Below are positions 27,116 through 40,147 of a stretch of 64,000 nucleotides of DNA, one piece after another. Position numbers and translations under genes: made by a program. Below the pieces are notes generated by a model that ran no database searches, was not told the DNA's origin, and was given only the letters and a program-made list of their open reading frames with translations. This DNA is from Octopus vulgaris (taxonomy: Eukaryota): assembly GCA_951406725.2 (NCBI GenBank), contig OX597822.1:72354001-72418000 (forward strand), read 5' to 3'. Position 1 is the first letter of the stretch, and every line of letters starts with the position of its first letter.

Positions 27116-28875
27116 ACTATTTCTCACTCTATGCACACACACACACCCACACATCTATATATTTACTAGAAGCCTATCTTTAATTTGAAAAGTTTTCTAT
27201 AATGAATTATAGAAGGAATCTTAAAACTGATAATGTCATAGCCTAAATGACGTCGTGCTACAAGATACCAGTTATGTAAAGGAGCTATGATTATTCGCTG
27301 AAAGAAATGAAACAAATAAATTAAGAATGAAGTATAACTTTAAAAAAGGGAAATGAAAATATTGTGAAAAACACTCTTCAATACACAAATTATTTATTTA
27401 TTTTTTTCTCTCAGGTTCCATTGTTAATCAAATATATTCTCTTCTACCCATCGCATCCGTATTTTCGCTATTATGGTTAACGTTTCACAAACGTTGCTGA
27501 AGGAAAATAAAATATATTATTTTGTTATGAATGTTTAATTTGGGGACGGAAATACAAAGAAATACAAAGAAATATAAACAACTTCCTGCAGATATTTGGT
27601 CAATATAATGAAACCATTGAAATTCAGATGCATTCTTTGACTTGCATATTACCAAAACAGTCAGTTCCTTAATGAGATAACACAAATGGACTAACTGGAA
27701 GCATTCTATTGAAGTGACTCTAACTTTTATCGAATACAAAGTTTATAATGACATGAGATAAAACCGCGGGTTATGTATTTTGTGCTAATTGTGTTCTGTT
27801 ACTCCTTATGTTTATATCATAGTATTGATATAAAATGTATTTTTCCTGTCCTTAGAAAGAAAAATAATTTTTCAATCTGGAAATTAGGGGCAACTATTTT
27901 TGGTTTCTTTTTGCCTTTTTACTCAGAAAAGTAATTAGAGTTTCGTATAACTGTAAGGGATTCTACGTGGGATGGGAACACAAAAACATATATTAAACTC
28001 CATATCTAAAGCAAAGCCTTCGTATTCCACTTAAAGACTGACTGCTATTCTCTCGAACTGTAACTGGTGGAAAGCTATCAGTCACCGTATTATTAAAATC
28101 TGTTAGTCTCACTTGCCATGTACTCCATCAATCGTTACTATGTACTTTATCACTTATAACTATGTACTTTAACAATTATTGTTATGTACTCCCTCAATTA
28201 TTGCTATGTATTCTACTCGCATACAATACATTATTCTATTCTTTGAAATCTTTTATTCACTGTATTTCACTAAAAACGTAAACAGTCATATAATCAGTAA
28301 CACGAATTCTATTCTATACATTACCTCCTCCTATTTCCCAAGTGATATATATATGTATATATGCTATCAACATCTCTATTCAGTCAAAACGTCTTTATTT
28401 CTACGTTGACTAGAACTCACTCCAGTCATTGTTATTTCATACTTCACAATTTTTCCCCTTCTTAATGATCTCGCCTTTTGATATTTTTACTTATGTGCAG
28501 TTCATATGCGTGGTGGTATCAAAACGTTCTCGGACTAGTTATGTTTAATAAAAAAAATAAATTATTTACCTAAGTTTTAACATCATCTTCATTGAAATAG
28601 TCACCTTGCACAGCAATACATCAGTACCAGTGTTCCTGCCACTTTTGGAATCCGGCCTGGAAGTCGTTTCCGTAAGCGAGTCAGGAACCTTCTACGATTC
28701 GTTTTGGATCTCGGCGGCCTTTGAGCTACATTTTTATCTTAGGGAAGAACTGGAAGTCTGCAGGTGCTAAATTTGGCGAATAGTGCAGGTGCAGAAGTGA
28801 TGCAATGTTGTTTTTGATGAGAAGCTCCCTAATGAGAAGGGTTCGGTGACAAAGTGCATTGTCGTCGTAAAGAAC

Positions 28876-29445
28876 AAAAAAATAAAATAAATGCGCCCTT
28901 TTAAAGCCTTGCCAGGCTCATGGGCCCGGTTTCCCGGTTTCAATGGCGTATGTGGAGGCACATGGCCTAGTGGGTAGAGCAGCGGACTCGCGGTCGATGG
29001 ATCGCGGGTTCGAATCCCAGACCAGGCGATGTGTGTGTTTATGAGCGAAACACCTAAGCTCCACGCGGCTCCGGCAGAAGGTAATGGCGAACTTCTGCTG
29101 ACTCTTTCGCCACAACTTTCTCTCACTCTTTCCTGCTGCATCTTGCAGCTCACCTGCGACGGACCGGCATCCCGTCCAGGTGGGGAACCTATACGCCAAG
29201 GAAACCAGGAAACCGGCTCTTATGAGCCAGGCACGGCTCGAGAAGGAACAAACAAATGTGTCCCCCAGCTGGACGAGACACCAGTCTATCGCAGCGTTAC
29301 TCATTTTGGCCAGCTGAGTGGACTGGAGCAACGTGAAATGAAGTGTTTTGCTCAAGAACACAACGCGTCACCTGGTCCAGGAATCGAAACCACAATCTTA
29401 CGATCATGATGCTGACAGCCCAACAACTAAGCCACGCGCCTCCAC
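28876..29445 (-). mobile_element. SINE with D-type head, CORE-like centre and W-type body, inserted in the mariner with a 19-20 bp TSD
   Basis: TSD cattgtcgtcgtaaagaac (28857-28875) and cattgtcatcgtaatgaac (29446-29464). CORE-like gtgttcttgagcaaaacacttcatttcacgttgctccagtccactcagctgg. Confidence 0.88.
28952..29253 (+). mobile_element. SINE with C-type head and W-type body, nested inside the D-type SINE
   Basis: gtggaggcacatggcctagtgggtagagcagcggactcgcggtcg...ggctcgagaaggaacaaacaa. Confidence 0.92.
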
Positions 29446-30065
29446 CATTGTCATCGTAATGAACACAATTTTTCGCGCTCAACAGATCCAGTCGCTTTCG
29501 CCGAATGTCCCCCCTCAAACGCCTTAAAACGCAGCCGTAGAACTCTAGATTAACGGCCTGGCCCTGGTGGGGACGAATTCCCGATGCACAGTACCGTGGA
29601 TATCGAAAACAATGATGAGCATACTCTTCATTGTGCTGCGGCACTGTCGTGCGCCCGTACCGCTCGAACCATCGAGTAAGCCCCATTGTCTCGTTGCCGC
29701 AAGCTTGCCGAAGCATGGTCGATTTCTCTGTAGTAGACTTAACGACTTTTACGTAAAATTTCTCGTTGGTTCTTTGTTCCAACTTCCTTTCCGTGACAAA
29801 GGTCGCAGTTTACAACATATTTGTGATCGCATAAACATGAATTTCATAACTTGCGAAGTGACACAGCAATGTCCTCGGCACACTACCTTATGAAGGTTAC
29901 TGCTAGCTCTGCCTGCAAACTAATCCGGGAATTTTTTGATACCACCTCGTAATATACAATAATGAATATGTATTTGACCATGTTTTAGGGTGTATAATTG
30001 AACTGCTTACTCATTACTACTGTAATCGAATATGTAATTTAGTTTTATTCCCCTATTACTTCCTC

Positions 30066-30477
30066 TCTTTACTCTTTTACTCTTTTACTTGTTTCAGTCA
30101 TTTGACTGCGGCCATGCTGGAGCACTACCTTTAGTCGAGCAAATCGACCCCGGGACTTATTATTTGTAAGCCTAGTATTTATTCTATCGGTCTCTTTTGC
30201 CGAACCGCTAATTTACGGGTACGTAAACACACCAGTTTCGGTTGTAAAACGATGCTGGGGGGACTAACACAGGTGCACAAACACACACACACACATATAC
30301 ATATACATATATACGACGGGCTTCTTTCAGTTTCCGTCCACCAAATCCGCTCACAAGCTTTGGTGGGCTCGAGGCTATAGTAGAAGATACTTTCTCAAGG
30401 TGCCACGCAGTGGGACTGAACCCGGAACCATGTACTTGATAAGCGAGCTACTCACCACACAGCCACTCCTGCGCCTA
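30066..30477 (-). mobile_element. SINE family A, full length
   Basis: Head taggcgcaggagtggctgtgtggtg; complete body and (AAAAGAGT)n tail. Confidence 0.93.
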
Positions 30478-30650
30478 GGGTCAATTTCATTTCAGTCGTA
30501 TGTCATATCTGTTAGTACAGTAGCAGTCCAAGATATGTTTAATTCAACCGAGTAATAATGACTCATTGGTAATTCACAGTTGATTTCGTTATTGAGACAC
30601 CATAATAGTTTTGTATTTGTGTAATGCATCTGATGATATTCAAGTAAATA

Positions 30651-31035
30651 AGGCGGCGAGCTGGCAGAAACGTTAGCACGCCGTATTTCGTCTGCCGTTA
30701 CGCTCTGAGTTCAAATTTCGCCGAGGTCAACTTTGCCTTTCATCCTTTCGGGGTCGATAAATTAAGTACCACTTGCGCACTGGGGTCGAGGTAATCGAAT
30801 TCATCCGTTTGTCTGTCCTTGTTTGTCCCCCTCTCTGTTTGGTCCCTTGTGGGTAGTAAAGAAATAGGCATTTCACCTGTCTTTATGTCCTGAGTTCAAA
30901 TTCCGCAGCGGTTGACTTTGCGTTTCATCCTTTCGGGGTCAATAAATTAAGTACCAGTTGCATACTGGGGTCGATCTAATCGACTGGCTCCCTCCCCCAA
31001 AATTTCGGGCCTTGTGCCTAGAGTAGAAAAGAATA
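30651..31035 (+). mobile_element. SINE family B dimer
   Basis: aaggcggcgagctggcagaaacg; junction gaaatag|gcatttc at 30867/30868; atattcaagt appears near both ends (possible TSD). Confidence 0.9.
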
Positions 31036-32897
31036 TTCAAGTTGATCGATCATACCACTCTCAAAGCGATACCACGAGTGACAGTCTGACTCAATGCCTC
31101 TGGTATGAAAGGAAACAATAATGTAGTCAATTATTATATTGGACACAACTTATTTCCCTCTTGCGGCTCATTTCTACGGCTACGAGGCATCTGTTCTTTT
31201 AAAAATAAATGTGTGTAATGCTTTGTCATCCACAAGATATGTACTTCCACGTTGTCACTTGATTGCTGTTAAACTATACAAAAATACAACCTTTTGTTGG
31301 TGTCTCAATAACTATTAAATATTAACGGTACATTTTTACTCAAGAAAAAAACCCAAAGGTTGTTGGTACGGTTACCTATTTTCATCGTTTTCGACTTAAT
31401 GTAACTTGAGATATGTATGACAGTCGAGGCAGTTAGGAATTACTGCTCTATTTGAACATTTTTCACTGACAGAAGTAATGTCAAACAGATAAATACATTG
31501 ACACAATGATTATTAAAAGTATAATTCAATAAAAGAAACGAAACAGTGTTTCTATTACTGTTTCACAGTTAATTATTAATAATACAGCCATTTCACAGAA
31601 TTAATGTTTATCAATGGTGACAAGAAAAACGAACTGATACAATCTGTATTTTTCTCAATGCTGAAAGCCCTTTGGATGTTGGGTTTAGAAGGGAAAGTGA
31701 AATCAGGCTGACAGTTATGTTCCTCTGGAGTATACCTTTATCATATTTTAAAGCTTTTTGAGTAATTGTTCTTGTATTCCATTTGGCAATCTGTTTCGTT
31801 TCCCCACTTACACTGCCCTTTTCTTTCTAGAGGATTACTAAATGATAAGCATCGGGTAACGTACAACTGAAGGGGATCCCCTTGCTCTGTTGATGATCCT
31901 ATCGTTCAAATATCCACTGGGCACCGAGGAAAGAATACAATGACGTGGATAAATTTTGCTATGTTTTCTCGACTCACAGAAGCAACTAAACTAAGCACTT
32001 GTTGCATAAGTAAACACTTGTAAATACATTTCACAGGTTGTTTCAATATATGGTACTTATACGTTTGTAAAGATTTACGACTGCATGTTCTAAACAACCA
32101 GTCGTTATGTGAAATCGCCGTAAACATAGTACCGCAACGATGACTAGAATTTGAATCAGTTATCATCTAGCTTTCAGTATGTCTCATCTATTTAAAAAGC
32201 AAAATAAATATATAGCTAAGAACAAGTTGCACGAAAATAAAACACGAAATGTGTATTTAGTACTCTCGCTTCATTTCATAAATAGTTACTTCATGAAAAA
32301 AAAAAGGCAAGCAAAAAAATATGACTTGTTAATATCAATAAATCTTTAATTTTGTTTTGTTATGAAACTTTGGATGTAAAAGAATTTTCTGGAATTATGG
32401 TTTTAAAACAAATAAATAATTGCATAAACAGACATAAAGTAAAATATTATGATTCATTGATCATTGTTGATCATTTGAAGATTTTTCTAATATACGAATT
32501 TCTTGGAAATTAAGTAAACAAAACGACAAGAAGAAACGAAGTTATTTGCCATGGTTTAATAATTCTCTGATATCTTAAATGAGCCAGTGATTGCAGCGAC
32601 TCGGTAAATTTCTCTCTTGAAGAAAATTAATAGATTACTTAAAAACAAAACGGGTTATATATTTACAAAATATTTCTACGAATTATAAGCTATTTTTGAT
32701 TTTACTTGTGTACAGTTTTTTGTTGCTTATCGCGAGGGTCATTATGTCAATAATACGCACTGGTTTTATTTCACCGCTTTTATAATTATTTGTGAATTAG
32801 CCTGTTAATTAACTGTATAATTTTTCGCTGAATATAGCACGAATGAAGAATTATTGAACTTTATCTCTAATTTTGTTTATAAAATGTTAATTTGCAT

Positions 32898-33305
32898 AGG
32901 CGCAGGAGTGGCTGTGGTAAGAAGTTTGCTTACCAACCACATGGTTCCGGGTTCAGTCCCACTGCATGGCTCCTCGGGTAAGTGTCTTCTGCTATAGCCG
33001 CGGGCCGACCAAAGCCTTGTGAGTGGATTTGATAGAAGGAAACTGAAAGAAGCCCGTCGTACATTTATAAATATATATATGTATGCATTTATGTATTTGT
33101 TGTTTGTGTCTGTGTTCGTCCCCCCACCATCGCTTGACAATTGATGCTGGTGCGTTTACGTCCGCGTAACTTAGTGGTTCGGCAAAAAGAGACCGATAGA
33201 ATTAGTACTAGGGTCACAAAAGATAGGTCATGGCGTTGATTTGTTCGACTAAATGCGGTGCTGCAGCTTGGCTGCAGTCAAGTGACTGAAACGAATGAAA
33301 GAATA
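32898..33305 (+). mobile_element. SINE family A
   Basis: Head, body and tail homology. Confidence 0.9.
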
Positions 33306-33310
33306 AAAAA

Positions 33311-33393
33311 TAGGTGCAGGCTTGAATGTGTGGTAAATAGCTTGCTTCCCAACCATATGAAAGAAGCCAGTCGTGTATACATACATACACACA

Positions 33394-33442
<49 letters not shown>

Positions 33443-33765
33443 ACAAACACACACACACACACATACACACACAAACACATACACACACATATATATGTAT
33501 GTGTGTATGTGCGTGTGCATGTGTGTGTGTTTGTGTGTAGGAGAGTATGTGTGTGTGTGTGTATGTCTGTATTTGTGCCCCATCACCACTTGACAACCAG
33601 TACAGGTTTGTTTACGTTTGGCAAACGAGACCGATTGATTAAGTACTAGACTTTAAATAAAAAGCACGAGGGTATATTCATTCAACTAAAATGTCTTCAA
33701 GGCAGTGCCCCAGCATGGCCGCAGTCTAATGAGTGCAACACGTAAAAGATGAAAGACAAAAGGTA
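33311..33765 (+). mobile_element. SINE family A variant with a 5' internal deletion and expanded (CA)n/(TG)n, adjacent to the previous copy
   Basis: Head joined directly to gaaagaagccagtcg; tail gtgccccagcatggccgcagtctaatgag. Confidence 0.78.
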
Positions 33766-34794
33766 TAAATATTCCTTCTCAATTAGAAACAATTTGTTCA
33801 GATTTAGTTTTGATTAATCATGTTAAGTTTTTCGTTCTTTGTTGTTGTTTTTTTGTTATAGTGAATGCCTGAGAAGGCCACGCAATTCTCTAATCCGAGA
33901 TTGTCATGCATCGTTATTGTAGACACATCAGCCGGATGTGTAAGATACAGGGCTCTCAGTACGGGACTCATGAATACGCATGCGCTATTCTCCAGAAAGC
34001 ATTCCCTAAATATGTTTGTTTTTGACTTAATAATTATCCTCCTGATATACTTCAAGAACTGAACATTACTGAATCCTTAATTAACTTGTAAGTTAATTAA
34101 ACTTGAAACTTTGCTACAAAAATAATCTATATCTAGTTAGTTATCTTATGGCGAGGACCAAATATAGGGAGAAGTGACTGAGCTTGGAGAAAACGCAACC
34201 TGCATTTCATTCTAGGTTACACGTTGTTCATTTATCATACGGTGCTGTACCATATAAACGACATACAAGAATCAATTGTTCTACTTTCTGTTCTCGTAAA
34301 ACACAGGGCTTATAACCAGAACATATAATAGTGCTCCTCTTAGACAGAGGAGACAATAGACTGTGCGATTTGGTTTTACATCCCATTTTTGGACTGTAGC
34401 CATATCGACGATGAGTAAAAAGGAGCAAATATTACACAATATTACTTCTTTCCTACTATAAAACCTAAACGTTAATCTTCTACCAATTTCAGCCCAGTGA
34501 AAGTAGGTCTTAGGGGCTGATATACATCCTCAGTTTAATGTCTTGCAAGCTATAATAAAGCAACTAATTTTCATTTTTATATTTTGTATCTAGCAATCAT
34601 CTCCACATCTTTCAAGTTACAAAGCAATCAAATATGAGTTTCTTAGAGATTAACAGAATCTGTAAGAAATTCATTTTGTTATTGCTTCACCTGTGATGCG
34701 AGTGGCGCGAGTGAGAGTAATTGAAGCAGAGTCATGTATATTAACCAAATCTCATTGAAATCACTCATATCATATTTAAGCTATTATCCTTTTG

Positions 34795-35022
34795 TTGCTT
34801 TCACATTGCGACCATGCTAGGGTATTGCCTTGAAAGGTTAAGTTACACAAGCGCAAAAGAAGACAGGCTTCCATACAGTTTCCATCTACTAAATATACTC
34901 GCAAGGCACTGGTCACCTCGGAGCTATTTTAGAAGACACTTGTCCAAGTGACCGCACAATGGGACCGAACCTGAAACCATGTGGTTGTAAAGCTTCTTAA
35001 CTACACAGAAATGACTGTACCT
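34795..35022 (-). mobile_element. SINE family A, deleted and decayed
   Basis: gaagacacttgtccaag...gaacctgaaaccatgtggttg. Confidence 0.7.
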
Positions 35023-35275
35023 ATCTTAATGACAGATACGTTGAAGAACGTAATCTGAAAAAAGAGGGTTTGCCACAGTTGGAACGCATTTGAACATAGG
35101 TTGCTCAAAAAGAGCTTAAAGATAACCACAATAACAACAAACTAGGACAATTTGTTGTGTTGATTACTTTTCCCTCTCATTTTAGAAATCGGTGCAATGG
35201 GAAGTGGGGGATTCATGCTTCTCCAACTATCATTACACATTAGCCGTATCACTTTTTAGTCGGTAGTTTTGTTCT

Positions 35276-35803
35276 ACCAACTAGTTGGTAGAGAAGCAAT
35301 GGTCAGCATGAGCAAGGTCTGGAAGAGTAGAGACATCAGACTCGCTACCAAATGCAGATTGGTGTCGTGAATGCAATGGTCTTCCCAATAGCAACATATG
35401 GATGCGAGACCTGGACACTAAAGAAAGCTGACCAGAAGAGAATTAATGCATTCGAGCTTTGGTGTTGGAGAAGACTTTTACGGATTCCATGGACAGCGAG
35501 GCTCACTAATGGAGAAGTTCGTAACCAGATCAAGCCGAAACTGTCGCTAGAAGCTAGGATCACCAAGCATATTTTGGTCATATTATGCGGAGAAAATCCC
35601 TGGAAAAGGACATCATACTCGGAATGGTCAGTTGCAAGAGAGGAAGAGGCCGACCAAGAACCCGTTGGCTTGACACCATCAAGCGTGACACGGGAATGGA
35701 CATAGCCAATCTGAAAGAAGCGACCCAGGGTATAACTGACTGGAGGACACTGATCCATCGAGTAACCGAGAGTCGACTTCGACTGAGCGGATAGATAGAT
35801 AGA
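35276..35803 (+). mobile_element. BovB-like RTE LINE 3' end with 12-bp TSD and (ATAG)n tail
   Basis: GREAMVSMSKVWKSRDIRLATKCRLV/NAMVFPIATYGCETWTLKKADQKRINAFELWCWRRLLRIPWTAR.../RKSLEKDIILG...RGRPRTRWLDTIK...WRTLIHRVTESRLRLSG*. TSD tagttttgttct at 35264-35275 and 35804-35815. Confidence 0.92.
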
Positions 35804-36308
35804 TAGTTTTGTTCTTGATCTCAGTGTATCAACATTCAAAAATCAATACTAATGTTTGTTAAACGCAGATCAATTTTGTTTCATTTCGTACCAACGAATA
35901 TACATTTACTTAATACATGCACATAGCTCCCAGTTAAAGTTTCTGCTTCGTGAGCAATAAATGGATTCTCTAGTTCTTCTAAAGTTATATTGTGTTTGTA
36001 CATTTCATATTTAATCTGTTGCTTATAGCCAATTATATTGTGTAATACACTATCCTATAAAGCTTCTCTACCTTTCGGGTATTTTCTTACAATAAATCAC
36101 TACGATTTTGATTTATTTGGCATTTTCGTTGTTATCGAATACCAAGAAAATTGAATTTTGTGATAAAGTAATCAGCACAATGATTATTAATAATACGAGT
36201 TTTTATCGACTAGTTTTGTGAGTCTGGAAACATTTCTTGGATGCTGTTTTGCTTGTATCCACATACAAGAAATCCGGTTTTTCTTCGATAAGCAGAAAGA
36301 TAGATACA

Positions 36309-36394
<86 letters not shown>

Positions 36395-36677
36395 CCTACC
36401 TAAATACCTACCTACCTACCTACCTACCTACCTACTGACCTACCTACCTACCTGTTTGTCTGTCTATCTATCTATTTATCGATCGATCGATTAATCTATT
36501 CCTCTACCTGTCTGTTCGTACGTATGGCTGTCTGACTGGCCGTCTGTTTCTCTCTCCCTCTTTCTCTCTCTCTCTCTCTCTCTCAATCTATCTATTTATC
36601 TATCTCTATAATTTATATGCATATACGTGCACACATATGTGAGCAAGCGTGTGTGAGTGTATGTATACGCACACACA

Positions 36678-36726
<49 letters not shown>

Positions 36727-37199
36727 TAAAGCGAAAATGTTATTATTTCTCAGCGATATTATAGTTATTACTATAGTTCTTATAATAATATATCATAGTT
36801 CTATAACACCTATATAAATACAGTGTCTTTAAAACATTATCTATTAAAAATTGATGAATATTCTCATCACTCACGGTGATTGGAAGAAGGTATGTATGAT
36901 TCAGATGTTCTATGCTCTATTCAAACATTGTGGAAATAATGAATTTTTATTTTTGAAAGATCTGAAGCCACGAATTGTGTAGACTTACCTATATTCTCCT
37001 CCTGTAGGTGTTCTTCTCATGGCCACGGTGCATTCAGATGATTTAACTGACACAAGTGATGACTAGGTCTTCGAGTCATCTTGACAATACTCTTGTGACA
37101 TTTTCGTTTCTCAGATGACCTTAGTACGAAATTCTCAGGATTTTCTTTTAATGAAAGAAATGTATTGTTTTCGGTAATTTCATGGTATTTTGGCAAGTT

Positions 37200-37440
37200 T
37201 GGGTTCCTTTTAGTGTCGTTTGTTTGGACGATGGCATCCAGTGTGTTAATAGACCAAATCTTAGCAAGTCCGATGAAACACTGCTGTCAATTTTCTGTGT
37301 CTGAATCTTAAGCCAGTTTCAGTATCGCACAGAACACTAAAAGAATGCAAATCGGATGATATATTCGAAGGCTGTCCTTCAGCCATCAAACGAGTGTCTC
37401 TTGTTCCTTTGTCGATTGCAATTGCTTTCGTCTTATCTGA
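37200..37440 (-). mobile_element. Possible decayed RTE RT fragment
   Basis: DKTKAIAIDK...EGQP/FEYIIRFAFF*CSV.../LAKIW resembles KTKVM...LE.V..F.YLGS...RL.KIW. Confidence 0.4.
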
Positions 37441-37584
37441 GAATTTTACACACACACACACGCACACATGGTGGCCGTGCTGACGGCTGATCTTATGCCT
37501 CCACCACTATCACTTCGTTTTACATAAATCCCATCCGTGTGACTGTGAATGTGGAAGTTGCTAGTGGTGGTGAGTACCTTTCTG

Positions 37585-37617
<33 letters not shown>

Positions 37618-37620
<3 letters not shown>

Positions 37621-37918
37621 CGTGACCGACCAGACTATCAGATGTTGCTACACATCGCTGGTCACAATGCGCTTTGCATTGTTTTAGCCTTCAAATGACG
37701 CCACCCCGCTGGCTAAGCGAGCAGGCCAACAGAAGAAAGAGTGAAAGAAAGTTGTGGCGAAAGAGTACAGCAAGGACCGCCACCAACCCCTGCCGGAGCC
37801 TCGTGGAGCTTTAGGTGTTTTCGCTCAATAAACACTCACAACGCCCGGTCTGGGAATCGAAACAGCGATCCAACGACTGCGAGTACGCTGCCCTAACCAC
37901 TGGGCCATTGCGCCTCCA
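37618..37918 (-). mobile_element. SINE with C-type head and Y-type body
   Basis: Head tggaggcgcaatggcccagtggttagggcagc. 3' body (ggcctgctcgcttagccagcggggtggcgtc...) differs from the W and X bodies. Confidence 0.88.
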
Positions 37919-37934
37919 TATATATATATATATA

Positions 37935-38006
37935 TTTCGTCAGAAATATAGAGAAAGTCCAAAGAAGGGAAGGCGGAGAAAGAAATCGCCAACGATACAC
38001 ACGGGG

Positions 38007-38010
<4 letters not shown>
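37935..38010 (-). mobile_element. Short fragment homologous to the Penelope-like end at 60697-60900
   Basis: Reverse complement gaccccgtgtgtatcgttggcgatttctttctccgccttcccttct aligns with gacctcgtgtgtaccgttggcgatttctttcccaacttcccttct. Confidence 0.7.
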
Positions 38011-38062
<52 letters not shown>

Positions 38063-38594
38063 GCATGTATGTATGCATGTGTGTATATATGTATGTATAT
38101 ATGTATGATTACATGTGTTATGCCTTCTGTAGAAGAGTGAATTAGCATTTGCAGCTGCACCTTCGTGTTTCAAAGACTTTGCTGCTCCTTTCCCTCATGA
38201 GACTTTTCGTAGCTATTACCTTCTTTGGGATTATAAAACCGTAGCGTTCAGCTTGTGACGACATGCAGTAGTATTATTCATGTTTGCGTATATCTATATA
38301 CTTATATATATATAATGAATGTATGTGTTCTTTTTATTTTCAATTACTTGAAGACTTTCAGTGAAGAAGGAGCTGGTTTTTAGCATAGTTACACAGCTCC
38401 ATCGTTGGAATGTTAACAAAAACAAATCGACATTTGTCTTACATATTTTTATTGTTCCCGCTTAAGCATTACACTTATAATATGTTAGCCGGTTGATTTC
38501 GTTGTTTTTAAATCCCGAGCTTGTAGATACATACATGCATACATACATACATACATACATACATACATACATACATACATACATACATACATAC

Positions 38595-38813
38595 ATGATG
38601 ATGGCAATCCCTCAAGGTCGAGGATGATGGTCTTCGCGCAAATTTACTGGTGAGTCCGAAGGTGACCGATAAGACCAATTCTTGCTTGAAAAGATCGGTC
38701 GCAGTGCGGACATCTAGTGCCGGAAGGGACAGTCGCACGTGGTTGTTGTTGGCGCTCCTTCCGTCGTCGTCTTTTCTCCTCCAGCTCTGCAGACCTTTTC
38801 GACTCGAAAGTCG
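38595..38813 (-). mobile_element. RTE LINE extreme 3' end inserted in (TACA)n
   Basis: TFESKRSAELEEKRRRRKERQQQPRATVPSGTRCPHCDRSFQARIGLIGHLRTHQ*; 3' UTR accatcatcctcgaccttgagggattgcc(atc)n. Confidence 0.9.
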
Positions 38814-40068
38814 CCGAAAGTCGAAAGAAAGTCGAAAGTCGAAAGTCGACATACATACATACATACATACATACATACATACGTACATACATACATACAT
38901 GCATGCATACATACATGCGTACATACATACATACATACGTACATACATACATACATACATACATACATGCATAAATACATGCATACATACATACATACAT
39001 ACATACATACATTCATACATACTGTTATTCATACTCACTATCATACATATACAGCAAGTACATACGGAGCATTTATGTTCAAGGACTTGAAAATCTACAA
39101 TTTACAAGTTTAGCCTAAATTCAGGTGATGGAATTGTTTCTACGTTTAGGAATCAAATCAACTAATTAAGTATAAAGAATTAAAATATAGAGGAGTCGTA
39201 CTCAAGCATACAAAAATACATGAAATGAAGAATAAAGTCAACGAGTGAGTTTGGTTAGTTATTTCCCTATTCTCGCATAGAGTCTATTTTAATCTAATTT
39301 TCATTCATTGGTTTTTCACTTTACTTCATCCTATACGTTCATAAATACCGACAAATATTTATATTTCAAATTTTGCTTTCATATTAGCATACGTCAAATT
39401 TCTGTATAGAATTCTCAATTTTTTGACAACTAATTTCAATAATTTAACCGTGTTTTTGCCATAATAACTGATCATTTTTAGAAGAAAATCTTTCTCCTTT
39501 GGGAAAATAAGAATAAATGGAAATATACATTACACCTATATATGATTTCAGCAAATTGACGTTTACATGCATATTTGTTTGAATTAACCCTGTATACATC
39601 GGTGCTCATTTAATAGAGGACAAAGTTATCACAGGCAAAGATGACAACGATTAATAAACAGAGTCGAAGAGAATTAAAAAATAAATCAATAAATGCTGCA
39701 AGGTTTGAACCAATGAAAAACGAGAACGAAAGTAAATCTGCATTTACTTGAATGAGAAATTATTTGTGAAAGAGAGAGAAATTAAAGTGTGATTGAAAAG
39801 GAGAGAAAAACGAAATCTGACGTATTAAACAGACATTGTTTCTGTACCTCAGACTACTGCTCATTCTCTTCTCAGTTACAACTCTCATTCTTTCTAGACG
39901 TCGTTTTTTCACTAACTTTTCTTTCAACACAATTGGCGTCAAGACTTGAAAATTTTGTTCCTTCTGGGTTCCAATGCGATCTACTATTGAAACGGTAACA
40001 TTTTTGAACATAGGCAAACATCGACGTTTTATATATATATATATATATGCATATAGAGGAACAATAAT

Positions 40069-40143
<75 letters not shown>

Positions 40144-40147
<4 letters not shown>

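Larger units (their letters stand above)
28507..29951 (-). mobile_element. Internally deleted mariner element with both TIRs, interrupted by nested SINEs
   Basis: TIRs tgcgtggtggtatcaaaacgttctcggact (28507) and reverse-complement tacgaggtggtatcaaaaaattcccggatt (29951). Transposase MEQRTNEKFYVK...QGQAVNLEFYGCVLRRLRGDIRRKR...DDN / DDNALCHR...HYSPNLAPADFQFFPKIK...FQKWQEHW..CIAVQGDYF. Confidence 0.92.

Noticed and set aside
29297-29782. 161-aa ORF
   Set aside because: Chimera of deleted mariner transposase frames and SINE sequence.
31831-31855. Possible 25-nt microexon (strong acceptor, GG|GTAACG donor)
   Set aside because: Too short to assess, and no partner exons were identified.
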